A DNA stretch of 31,970 nt. It comes from Bdellovibrionia bacterium (GTDB lineage Bacteria; Bdellovibrionota; UBA1018). A program made the position numbers and the translations under genes. Each line of letters starts with the position of its first letter. Position 1 is the stretch's first letter. The stretch lies in the NCBI GenBank assembly GCA_045805065.1, contig JBJMMA010000145.1, positions 1 through 31,970 on the forward strand, given 5' to 3'. Shown here in pieces: positions 8,533 through 17,343 of the stretch. A model generated the notes under the pieces. It was not told the DNA's origin. It searched no databases and worked only from the letters and a program-made list of their open reading frames with translations.

Positions 8533-9546
8533 ATGAAAAATCGTCTCGTAGCCATTTGTGCCCTAGTCTTAGGAACCTGCATGTCGCAAGCGTTTGCCAT
8601 CTCGGAACATGAATACGAAGACGCTTATCGCTCCCAGGTGACGCCCTACTTCAATTCCGGCGAAGTACTGACCTTTAAAGGCAAAGATGGCGTCTCCATC
8701 AATGCCTGGAGAATGATTCAGCCCAATGAACGAGGCGCGCTAGTGATTTTGCCTGGCCAGGGCGAGCCGCTTCTCAAATACGCTGAAGTCGCTTACGATC
8801 TGAGATCCCTGGGCTTCTCGATTTACATGATGGATCATCGCGGACAAGGCGCTTCGGGGCGGATGACTGCGAACCCGAAAGTCCAGTATGTGAAAGAATT
8901 CGGCGACTATGCTGATGATCTTGAAACGTTCGTGAACCAGATCGTCAATCAGGTGCCTCATACGAAGAGATTCCTGCTTGCTCATTCGATGGGCGGGGCG
9001 ATCTCAAGCTTATATCTTGAGCGCCACCCAGATGCATTTGATGCAGCGGTTTTGAACTCTCCCATGGAGATGATCAATTCGGATCCTTATCCTGAGCATG
9101 TGGCTATCGCAATTGCGTCGGCCGCAACACATCTAGGAAAAGGAGAAGCCTACTCCATTGGACAATCCGCGTTTGATGCCACATTGCCGTACACGGAAAG
9201 CCGAATGGCCCGATGTGAAGCCCGCCATAAAATGAAGGTCGAATTGTTTTCGCAAAACCCATCCCTTGTCATTGATGGAGTGAGCTTTCGCTGGGTTCAG
9301 AAGTCACTCGAAGAAGGAATCAAGATCCGCCGAAACGCGGACAAGATCACGACTCCGATTTTGTTATTTCAGGCGGGCAACGACGTCATCGTCAAGCTCG
9401 ATGGGCAAGACGAGTTCTGCAAGAGAACAAAGAACTGCAGAATCGCATTTTTTCCTACGGCAAGACACGAGATCCTGATGGAGAACGACGCGATCCGCGA
9501 TCGGGCATTTTCGCTGATCCAGGAGTTTTTTACCGCTCAAAATTAA
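8533..9546 (+). CDS. Alpha/beta hydrolase, lysophospholipase L2 (PldB)-like, with signal peptide
   Basis: DHRGQGASGR, AHSMGG nucleophile elbow, LFQAGND, ARHEILME; GAGGTG RBS before ATG 8533. Confidence 0.88.
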   Translation: MKNRLVAICALVLGTCMSQAFAISEHEYEDAYRSQVTPYFNSGEVLTFKGKDGVSINAWRMIQPNERGALVILPGQGEPLLKYAEVAYDLRSLGFSIYMMDHRGQGASGRMTANPKVQYVKEFGDYADDLETFVNQIVNQVPHTKRFLLAHSMGGAISSLYLERHPDAFDAAVLNSPMEMINSDPYPEHVAIAIASAATHLGKGEAYSIGQSAFDATLPYTESRMARCEARHKMKVELFSQNPSLVIDGVSFRWVQKSLEEGIKIRRNADKITTPILLFQAGNDVIVKLDGQDEFCKRTKNCRIAFFPTARHEILMENDAIRDRAFSLIQEFFTAQN

Positions 9547-9899
9547 AAAGCTTTTTTCCACTCGTCTTCTTTAAAACCAACGAGCCCTTGCTCGCCGGTC
9601 AGAACGAATGGACGCTTCACAAGCTTTCCGTGCTTGGACAAAAGCTTAAGCGCTTCCGCTTCACTCATCGATGGAAGCTTCTCAGAAACGCCAAGCTCCC
9701 GATAAAGCTGGCCCGAAGTATTGAAGAGCTTTTTGATCTCGCCCTTTTGATGCGCGAGCATCTCTTTGAGCTCAGCCACAGTTGGAGGCTGATCCACGAT
9801 CGCAACGCGCTCGTAGCTCACCTTCTTTTGATCCAGGAATTTGAGCGCCTTTTTGCAGGTCGAGCAATTAGCGTATTCGTAAACGCGGATCTTCTTCAT
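9543..9899 (-). CDS. ArsC/Spx/MgsR-family protein
   Basis: NCSTCKKA CxxC, FNTSGQLYR, LVKRPF, VGFKEDEW. Confidence 0.9.
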   Translation of the reverse strand: MKKIRVYEYANCSTCKKALKFLDQKKVSYERVAIVDQPPTVAELKEMLAHQKGEIKKLFNTSGQLYRELGVSEKLPSMSEAEALKLLSKHGKLVKRPFVLTGEQGLVGFKEDEWKKAF

Positions 9900-9922
9900 G
9901 TGAGTGTCTTCCCTACTCTGAT

Positions 9923-10642
9923 TTACTTGCGAGTGAGCTTATAGATGTAAGCAATACCGCCGCTGACTGGGCGATATTCGAGCGTCGAGAACATGCCGGT
10001 GCTTTCAGCAAGCTTCAGGAAGTTGTCGCGGCATGGGAACTGAGCCGAGGACTTTTGAAGATAATCATAAGCCTGGCGCTGGCCCGCGATCAGACCGCCG
10101 ATGCGAGGAAGAATGTTATTGGAGTAAAAGCGATAAAAACCGCTGAAGACAGGAATCTGTGGCTGGCCAAACTCAAGGACCATCACAGCGCCACCTGAGC
10201 GAACCACACGTCCGAGCTCCGAGAGACCCTTCTGAGGATCGTTCACGTTGCGGATGCCGAACGAGATCGATGCGAGATCAAAAGAGTTTGATTCGAATGG
10301 AAGCTGAGTGACGTCAGCGACATCAAACTGCGCGCGGGAGCCCGATTTGACGGCCTTGGCGCGAGCATGGATCAGCATCGGCTCGCAGAAGTCGGTTCCA
10401 ATGACTTGGCCCGAGGTTCCCAGGTTTCTTTCAAATTCAAACGCCAGGTCGCCAGTTCCCGAAGCGCAATCAAGGACGCGATCGCCAGCCTTCACGCCGC
10501 TCCAACGAACCAATTTCTTGCGCCAGAGATGATGAATTCCCAATGAAAGCACAGTGTTCAGAAGATCATAGCGAGGCGCTACCTCTCCAAACATATGGCG
10601 AATGGTTTCAGCTTTTTTGGGAGTCACTTGCATCGTGTTCAT
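9923..10642 (-). CDS. menG: Demethylmenaquinone methyltransferase UbiE/MenG
   Basis: MFGEVAPRYDLLNTVLSLGIHHLWR, VLDCASGTGD, SFGIRNV, AYDYL..S; divergent from the men operon. Confidence 0.93.
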   Translation of the reverse strand: MNTMQVTPKKAETIRHMFGEVAPRYDLLNTVLSLGIHHLWRKKLVRWSGVKAGDRVLDCASGTGDLAFEFERNLGTSGQVIGTDFCEPMLIHARAKAVKSGSRAQFDVADVTQLPFESNSFDLASISFGIRNVNDPQKGLSELGRVVRSGGAVMVLEFGQPQIPVFSGFYRFYSNNILPRIGGLIAGQRQAYDYLQKSSAQFPCRDNFLKLAESTGMFSTLEYRPVSGGIAYIYKLTRK

Positions 10643-10770
10643 TGGACCGCCGTTGTACGCAAATCGGCCACCTCAAACAAGTCTTTTCAAGACGTCCCGC
10701 GTTTAACGCAGATGCACTACCAAAAGGTGGCGGATACCTTTCAAATGTGCGAAAAGAGCCTCCACAGCCT

Positions 10771-11874
10771 ATGACAAACTCAGCAAACTGGGCCTCTTTA
10801 GGGGCCTCCTGGCTTCAATCTGGTGCGATTTTGGGGGTCTCAAACGGACGTGTCCTGCTCGGTGCAGGAACGCTCCAAAGATCCTCGCGTCCTGATTTTC
10901 AGGCTGGCGGTCAGGCATCTTTCTACGCCCCGGACTTTTTTGTGAGCCACGAAAAGCCCTGGCTGAATTTTGAAACGACCTTTGAAGTCAGCACCTTAGA
11001 ACTTCTCCAGCATCTGACCGAGCTCAACTTGTCATCCTCGGTTGAGCCACTCCAATGGCCTGCGCCCCCCAAAGATCGGTTTGAGCGCGCCTTTGATTAC
11101 CTTCAAAACGAGATCCGCCAGGGCGTTCTTGAGAAGGGCGTTCCCTTTACTTTTGAGCGCGCCCAGGCCGCGATGACACCCGCCAGACTTCTGGCCTCAT
11201 TGAAAGCCATGCTGACCTACGCGCTTGAGCGCCCGGTCATGCCTTACGGCTTTTGGGAAAATCAGGAAGGAATGCTGGGCTGCACCCCGGAGCTTCTCTT
11301 CAGACGTGACGGAAAATCCATTCGTACGATGGCGATGGCCGGAACCCGCCGTCACGACGAGCAAGGCCGTCTTCCACTCCTCGATGATCCAAAAGAGCGC
11401 CGCGAGCATCAGCTGGTGATCAACTCCATTGCAAACGAGCTTCAGCCTTTCGGTGAAGTCATCGTGGGAATGACCGAGGTCGCAGTCCTTCCACAACTCT
11501 CGCATCTCAAAACTCTGATCGAGCTTCGTCCTGAAAAGAGCGATGTTTCATTCGATGAACTGATCCGTGCTCTTCATCCAACCCCTGCGCTGGGAGCCTT
11601 TCCACGCGAAGCAGGCTGGAAGTGGCTCAAGTTACTCGAGTCGCAGAACGATCTTCAGCGGGGTCGCTACGGCGCTCCATTTGGAGCAGCCTGGAAAGAT
11701 GCGCAGGGCGAAGATCAAGGCCTGGCTGTCGTCGCCATCCGCAACGTTCAATGGCAAGACGAGCGCATCCTTCTTTGCGCAGGCTGCGGCGTGATCGCCG
11801 AGAGCGAGTTTGAGCGCGAATGGCAGGAAGTGAACGGAAAGATCCGTGCCGTTAAAGGAATTCTAGCTCTATGA
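10771..11874 (+). CDS. menF: Isochorismate synthase
   Basis: GCTPELL, AMAGT, DPKERREHQLV, LHPTPALG, RGRYG, VAIR, AGCGVIAES...EWQE..K. Start moved to ATG 10771 to avoid overlap with menG. Confidence 0.9.
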   Translation: MTNSANWASLGASWLQSGAILGVSNGRVLLGAGTLQRSSRPDFQAGGQASFYAPDFFVSHEKPWLNFETTFEVSTLELLQHLTELNLSSSVEPLQWPAPPKDRFERAFDYLQNEIRQGVLEKGVPFTFERAQAAMTPARLLASLKAMLTYALERPVMPYGFWENQEGMLGCTPELLFRRDGKSIRTMAMAGTRRHDEQGRLPLLDDPKERREHQLVINSIANELQPFGEVIVGMTEVAVLPQLSHLKTLIELRPEKSDVSFDELIRALHPTPALGAFPREAGWKWLKLLESQNDLQRGRYGAPFGAAWKDAQGEDQGLAVVAIRNVQWQDERILLCAGCGVIAESEFEREWQEVNGKIRAVKGILAL

Positions 11875-13463
11875 ACCAGGCACTCGGGCTCGATGTCCTG
11901 CAAAAACTCATCGAGGCCGGCGTCACGGAATTTTGCGTATGCCCAGGCGCGCGCAATAGTCCGCTCATTGATCTGCTTCTCAAACTTCCAGCCATCACGC
12001 GCCTTCATTTCTTTGAAGAGCGCTCGGCCGCTTTCTTTGCATTAGGAAGAATCAAAGCAACGGATCGCCCGGTTGCAGTCATCACGACCTCGGGCACGGC
12101 TGCTGGAGAGCTTCTCCCTGCCACGATGGAAGCCTACTACTCCGCGCTCCCACTCGTTCTTTTGACGGCAGATCGTCCCCGCCGTTTTCGCGGAAGTGGC
12201 GCTCCTCAGACCGCTGAGCAAGTCGGGATCTTTGGAATCTACGCTGAGAAGTGCATCGACACGGCTTCAGGCGAAAGCTTTACACTCTCGGATTGGTCGC
12301 ACACAAAGCCCCTTCATCTGAACGTTTGTTTTGAGGAGCCGCTCATTGATACTTCCGCGCAAAAAGCGGTGGATGAGTTTGCGGCTCAGCTCTCCTCGGG
12401 AGCCTATTCTCAGATTTCAAAGGGTACTACCGCTGAGGATATCCGAAGCTCTGAACTTGAAGCATTTTTAGAGAAGACTCGTAAGCCTTTGGTTTTGGTC
12501 GGTGCTCTTCATCGCGAAGATCGCGCTGAGGTTCGTCGGTTTCTCTCTGATTTTTGTGCACCTACCTATTTCGAGGCACACTCAGGGTTGCGTGAAGATA
12601 AAGCCCTCACTCGCGTTCGGGTACATGGCGTCGACGGCATCCTCGAGCGCGCTCGCAAGAACGGCTACGAGATTGATGGCGTTCTCCGGATCGGCGGCGT
12701 CCCTACCCTGAGACTCTGGCGCGATCTTGAGAGTTTGAACGGCAAAATCCCGGTCTGCTCCGTGAGCCGCGAGCCATTTTCGGGCTTGAGCTGGGCTAAG
12801 ATCACGGCAGCGACTCCCTCGCGCGTTCTTCGCGGCGTAACTCCACAGGCTCCGATGGGCGCGAGCGACTTTCTGGCCTCGGATCACGCTTTCCAGGAAA
12901 AGCTTCGCGCGCTCTTTCACCAGGAACCACTTTCTGAGCCAGGTCTTTTCCATGCCCTTTCCCGCGCCATTCCTGCAGGCGCTCGCATCTTTATCGGAAA
13001 CAGTCTTCCGATCCGCGAGTGGGATCTTGCAGCCACTTATGCCTCGCGTGAGTTTGAAGTCTCGGCAAGTCGCGGCCTGAACGGGATCGATGGCCAGGTT
13101 TCGACTTTCTACGGCTTCAGTGAGGCTGGAAAAGAGAACTGGGCGATCATTGGTGATCTCACTGCCCTTTATGATCTTCCAGGCCCCTGGGCGCTCTCTC
13201 AGATTTCTGAAGAGATCAAAACGTCTCTTGTCGTTGTGAACAATGGCGGCGGGAAAATCTTCTCTCGTATGTTTGGTCCGAAAGAGTTTCAAAATCCGCA
13301 CAACCTGGATTTTGCGGCCTGGGCCAAGCTCTGGAAACTTCCCTACGAGCAATGGCAATCGATTCCGGATTCGGGAATCGAAACCCGCTCGCACCGAATC
13401 ATTGAGCTCACACCAGACGATGCTGCCACCCAGCGTTTCTGGAAAGCTTACGCCGCATTATGA
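11871..13463 (+). CDS. menD: SEPHCHC synthase
   Basis: CPGARNSPL, EERSAAFFALG, TTSGTA, TADRP, GNSLPIR, RGLNGIDG, GDL...NNGGGKIF; ATGA coupling with menF. Confidence 0.96.
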   Translation: MNQALGLDVLQKLIEAGVTEFCVCPGARNSPLIDLLLKLPAITRLHFFEERSAAFFALGRIKATDRPVAVITTSGTAAGELLPATMEAYYSALPLVLLTADRPRRFRGSGAPQTAEQVGIFGIYAEKCIDTASGESFTLSDWSHTKPLHLNVCFEEPLIDTSAQKAVDEFAAQLSSGAYSQISKGTTAEDIRSSELEAFLEKTRKPLVLVGALHREDRAEVRRFLSDFCAPTYFEAHSGLREDKALTRVRVHGVDGILERARKNGYEIDGVLRIGGVPTLRLWRDLESLNGKIPVCSVSREPFSGLSWAKITAATPSRVLRGVTPQAPMGASDFLASDHAFQEKLRALFHQEPLSEPGLFHALSRAIPAGARIFIGNSLPIREWDLAATYASREFEVSASRGLNGIDGQVSTFYGFSEAGKENWAIIGDLTALYDLPGPWALSQISEEIKTSLVVVNNGGGKIFSRMFGPKEFQNPHNLDFAAWAKLWKLPYEQWQSIPDSGIETRSHRIIELTPDDAATQRFWKAYAAL

Positions 13464-14185
13464 CCTCTAAAGTCTATTGCCTTCATGGCTTTCTAGGACT
13501 TCCCTCGGACTGGGATTTTTTAGGGAATCCACCGGAGACAGCCCTGGAGAAGGTCGATATCTTCAGACTTCTCTCTCCATCGACCGGCGCTAATATGTCG
13601 GACTGGGCAGAAGCATTGAACGATCAAGTCGCCCAAAGGTCTGAAAAGCGGGTTCTCTTGGGTTATTCCATGGGCGGAAGGCTTGCCCTTCATAGCCTGG
13701 TCAGAAACCCCTCGCCTTGGGCAGGGGCTGTGATTGTTTCAGCAAACCCATCCCCTCTGCCGGAAGAGCGCGAGCCGCGCCTGGTCGCAGATGAAGCTTG
13801 GGCTCAACGATTTGAGAATGAACCCTGGGACAACGTCGTCTTAGCCTGGGAAAATCATCCCGTCTTTGGCGGAAAGCCTATTCCCTTCGTTCGCCGAGAA
13901 GAAGATTTCCGCAGGAAGGATCTCGCTGGAGCGTTTCGCGCCTGGTCTTTGGCTCGGCAGGAGAATCTCACGCCCAGGCTCTCCGGCTTAGAGGTTCCCG
14001 TTCTTTGGATCACGGGCGAGCAAGATTCCCGCTATCATGAAATCGCCAAACGGGTCCGCGCTCAATTACCAGAAGCCCCGATTGAATTCGTGTCGGTTCC
14101 AGAGTCCGGTCACCGCGTTCCGTGGGAGCAACCGGAGATTTTTCAAACTCATTTTTCGAGTTTTTTGCAGCGCATTTTTTGTTAA
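13460..14185 (+). CDS. menH: SHCHC synthase (alpha/beta hydrolase)
   Basis: LHGFLG, GYSMGGRLA, R...D..WA.RF, GEQD, GHRVP; coupled to menD. Confidence 0.9.
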   Translation: MTSKVYCLHGFLGLPSDWDFLGNPPETALEKVDIFRLLSPSTGANMSDWAEALNDQVAQRSEKRVLLGYSMGGRLALHSLVRNPSPWAGAVIVSANPSPLPEEREPRLVADEAWAQRFENEPWDNVVLAWENHPVFGGKPIPFVRREEDFRRKDLAGAFRAWSLARQENLTPRLSGLEVPVLWITGEQDSRYHEIAKRVRAQLPEAPIEFVSVPESGHRVPWEQPEIFQTHFSSFLQRIFC

Positions 14186-14243
14186 GACTCCGGTCACTAT
14201 GACTTCTCATACCCAGACTGGGGCCCAAACTGGAGTTCTGACC

Positions 14244-15149
14244 ATGACCGCACCACGCGCATCCTTCACGTCTCGGCTCAAGACCTGGCTCATGGCCGCC
14301 CGTCCTAAGACGTTGACGGCAGCAATCGCCCCCATTCTTGTGGGTACCACTCTTTCTCATGCTGCGTTTTATCCATCGCGCTGGGATCTTGCGATCTTTG
14401 CTCTTTTAAGTTCGCTCTTCATTCAAATCGGAACCAACCTGATCAATGACTCCATTGATTTCAAAAAAGGCACGGACACCGAAGAGCGCATCGGCCCAAA
14501 GCGTGTCACTCAAAGCGGACTTCTGAGTCCACAAACCGTGATGCTGGGTGGCTTCATCTGCTTTGCGATCTCCGCCCTTCTTGCTGTTCCGCTTCTTCTT
14601 CAGGGCGGATGGGTCATTGTTGGAATTGGCGCGCTCTCCCTCCTTTGTGGTTACGCTTATACGGGCGGTCCTTTTCCTCTGGCTTATGTGGGCTTGGGCG
14701 ATCTCTTTGTTCTTCTTTTCTTCGGTCTGGCCGCGGTCGGCGGAGTGTACTACCTCAACACCGGCACTTTTGATCTCAAGCCAGTTGTTGCGGGCGTTCA
14801 GATCGGGCTTCTTGCGATGGTGATGATCGCAATCAATAATCTTCGCGATGCTGAAGGCGATAAAAAGACCGGCAAGAAAACACTCGCAGTGCGTTTTGGA
14901 AAAGCTTTCAGCCGAGCTGAAATCACTTTCCTTTGTCTTGCTCCTTTTGCGATGGGCATCTACTGGTTCAATCTTGGACTCACCGCAGCTGCCGTTGCTC
15001 CACTCCTGGTGCTTCCTTTGGCGATTCGTGTGGTTTCCAAAATCCAAAACACGGAACCATCTCCTGCGTATAACGCTTTTTTGGGAATGAGCGCGCTTTT
15101 GCACCTTCTCTTTGGCATCCTTCTCAGTGCGGGATTTAACCTGACGTGA
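14244..15149 (+). CDS. menA: 1,4-dihydroxy-2-naphthoate polyprenyltransferase
   Basis: AARPKTL, QIGTNLIND..DFKKGTD, AYTGGPFPLAY.GLGD, NNLRD...D...GKKTLAVRFG. Start 14244 has GGAG (alternative 14199). Confidence 0.95.
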   Translation: MTAPRASFTSRLKTWLMAARPKTLTAAIAPILVGTTLSHAAFYPSRWDLAIFALLSSLFIQIGTNLINDSIDFKKGTDTEERIGPKRVTQSGLLSPQTVMLGGFICFAISALLAVPLLLQGGWVIVGIGALSLLCGYAYTGGPFPLAYVGLGDLFVLLFFGLAAVGGVYYLNTGTFDLKPVVAGVQIGLLAMVMIAINNLRDAEGDKKTGKKTLAVRFGKAFSRAEITFLCLAPFAMGIYWFNLGLTAAAVAPLLVLPLAIRVVSKIQNTEPSPAYNAFLGMSALLHLLFGILLSAGFNLT

Positions 15150-16132
15150 GGATCTTTTACTCGCCTTACGAGCTCAAGCCGCGTACGAGCCTGAGCAGTC
15201 AGGCGAGTGCGGACGCACGTCCGGGCGCGCTCTTGAAAATCGAGCACGATGATCTGGGTACAGGTTACGCAGATCTTTTCCCATGGCCCGAGCTTGGTGA
15301 TCAACCACTGGCCGATCAACTGGCGATGCTTCAAAGCGGGCTCTTCACCTCTTTGAGCCGAAATTCATTTGTTTTTACGCGCGCGGATGCGCGCGCCAGA
15401 GCCGAAAAGAAAAGCCTATGGGAAGGTTTAGCCATTCCCAAAAACCATAAACTGATCACAGATGCCGCAAGCCTACTCACAGGCGACTTGCTCGATAAAA
15501 TCCTTTCTGAAGAATTTGAAAGAATAAAACTCAAACTGGGTCGCGAGCCAAAATCAGATGCTGACCACGTGAACAAAATAGCCAAAAAACTGAACGGCAA
15601 AGCAAAACTCAGACTGGACTTCAACTCATCACTCACAAAATCAAACTGGCAAACCTTCTGTGAAACCCTATCCGCAGAAGCCGTAAACGCCATCGACTTC
15701 ATTGAAGACCCGATCGAATGGGATGCAAAAGAAGGCTTTGGCCCATCCCCTCGTCAACTCAAACTGGCAGTCGATCGTTCAAGCGACACCGTCATTGACT
15801 CTACGACTTGCCCGGATGTCATCATCATCAAGCCAGCAGTTTCTGACGTCGCATCATCGCTGGTGAAAGCCAAGAACTGGCATAAGAGAATCGTGTTTAC
15901 GAGCTATCTGGATCATCCGGTGGGTCAGCTCTGGGCCGCATGGTCGGCAGCAACTGCTGCGAAAGAAACCGCTGTCGACATCTGCGGTCTTCTTTCTCAG
16001 GATGCGTACGAGCCAAATTCATTTCAGTCCCTGATCATGACAGAAGGCCCAAAGCTTGTGCCACCGCACGGCACTGGAATTGGATGGGACGCGGAGCTTG
16101 AGTCACTTTGCGAGTGGAAGGAACTTCCATGA
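15146..16132 (+). CDS. menC: o-succinylbenzoate synthase
   Basis: GYADLFPWPELGD, KLKLG, LRLDFN, FIEDP, AVD, IIKP enolase-superfamily motifs; GTGA coupling with menA. Confidence 0.88.
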   Translation: MRIFYSPYELKPRTSLSSQASADARPGALLKIEHDDLGTGYADLFPWPELGDQPLADQLAMLQSGLFTSLSRNSFVFTRADARARAEKKSLWEGLAIPKNHKLITDAASLLTGDLLDKILSEEFERIKLKLGREPKSDADHVNKIAKKLNGKAKLRLDFNSSLTKSNWQTFCETLSAEAVNAIDFIEDPIEWDAKEGFGPSPRQLKLAVDRSSDTVIDSTTCPDVIIIKPAVSDVASSLVKAKNWHKRIVFTSYLDHPVGQLWAAWSAATAAKETAVDICGLLSQDAYEPNSFQSLIMTEGPKLVPPHGTGIGWDAELESLCEWKELP

Positions 16133-17334
16133 GCGAGCAACGCTTTGACCCGTTGGATTGGAAAAGCGCCGCCACGCATGTGCTCTTTAACCCACGCATG
16201 CCAGCTGCCGATGCTCAAGAAATCGAGCAGCGATTAAAGTCCCTCAAACCCCTCGAGTCGCATCTTTGGATCGCAACATCAGGCTCCACGGCGCAAGTTG
16301 CCGGTCAATTGAAATGGGTCGCGCTTTCCAAAGCAGCGATTCTTGCCTCAGCTCAAGCGGTTAATCAGCATCTTACCTCAACATCAAGAGACGTTTGGGT
16401 CACAGTGCTTCCAACTTTCCATGTAGGTGGAATTGGGATCTATGCTCGCGCTTACCTGAGTGAAGCAAAAGTCGTGAGCGGACTTCTTACGGACACATCC
16501 GGAAACACGAAATGGGATGCCAGGCACTTTCATCGAGCTTGTGTTGAAAATGACGCCACACTGAGTGCGCTCGTTCCGACTCAAGTTTACGATTTGGTTC
16601 AAGCGAAACTTGAAGCTCCTAAAACCATGAGAGCGGTCGTCATTGGTGGCGCAGCTCTTTCTGAGTCTCTTTACCTGGAAGCGCTTCAACTCGGCTGGCC
16701 TCTTCTTCCAAGCTACGGAATGACAGAATGCTGCTCGCAGATCGCTACAGCTTCACTCGCCTCGCTCAAAGCTTGTCCTGCTCGTTTTCCAGAGTTCGAG
16801 CTTCTCTCTCATGTGAAAGCAGGTCAGAGCGCCAAAGGTAAAATCAGAATCAAATCCCCGTCCCTGCTCACCGGTCTTGCTATTCTCTCACAAGATGGAG
16901 ACCGCTGGATGGACCCTAAGGTGGATGGATGGTTTCAGTCTGAAGACATGGGTGAAATCATCACGGCTGCCCAGGGTCGCTTCTTGACGGTTCGCGGCCG
17001 AAGCTCTGACTTTGTCAAGATCGGTGGCGAGAGCGTTGATCTCAATCGACTCTCTGCGGTCCTGACCCAAGTGAGAACACAAGCAGCCTCGTCGATCGAC
17101 TTGATCATCCTGCCCATGGAAGATGAAAGACTGGGAAGTGTGATTCACGGTGTTACGGCCGCATCTGAAGAAAGCCCAGCGGGATCCGAAGCCAGAAGGA
17201 TCTTTGATCAGTTCAACTCACGCGTCCTTCCCTACGAGCGAATCAGAAAGATTCACTTTGTCCCAAGCATTCCTCGCTCTCCTCTACAGAAGCTTCTGAA
17301 GTCCGAACTGCTTTCGCTACTTTCTCGGAAATGA
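16129..17334 (+). CDS. menE: o-succinylbenzoate-CoA ligase
   Basis: ATSGST, LPTFHVGG, ALVPTQ, SYGMTECCSQ, EDMG, GR...VKIGGE, IPRSPLQK; ATGA coupling with menC. Confidence 0.9.
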   Translation: MSEQRFDPLDWKSAATHVLFNPRMPAADAQEIEQRLKSLKPLESHLWIATSGSTAQVAGQLKWVALSKAAILASAQAVNQHLTSTSRDVWVTVLPTFHVGGIGIYARAYLSEAKVVSGLLTDTSGNTKWDARHFHRACVENDATLSALVPTQVYDLVQAKLEAPKTMRAVVIGGAALSESLYLEALQLGWPLLPSYGMTECCSQIATASLASLKACPARFPEFELLSHVKAGQSAKGKIRIKSPSLLTGLAILSQDGDRWMDPKVDGWFQSEDMGEIITAAQGRFLTVRGRSSDFVKIGGESVDLNRLSAVLTQVRTQAASSIDLIILPMEDERLGSVIHGVTAASEESPAGSEARRIFDQFNSRVLPYERIRKIHFVPSIPRSPLQKLLKSELLSLLSRK

Positions 17335-17343
17335 GAGTTGATC

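Noticed and set aside
10543..10770. N-terminal extension of menF in the ORF track
   Set aside because: Overlaps the divergent menG and has no isochorismate synthase features.
12582..13394. Long antisense ORFs (also 14406-15104, 17638-18477, 25867-26697, 29299-29919)
   Set aside because: Shadows of well-supported genes; no recognisable motifs.
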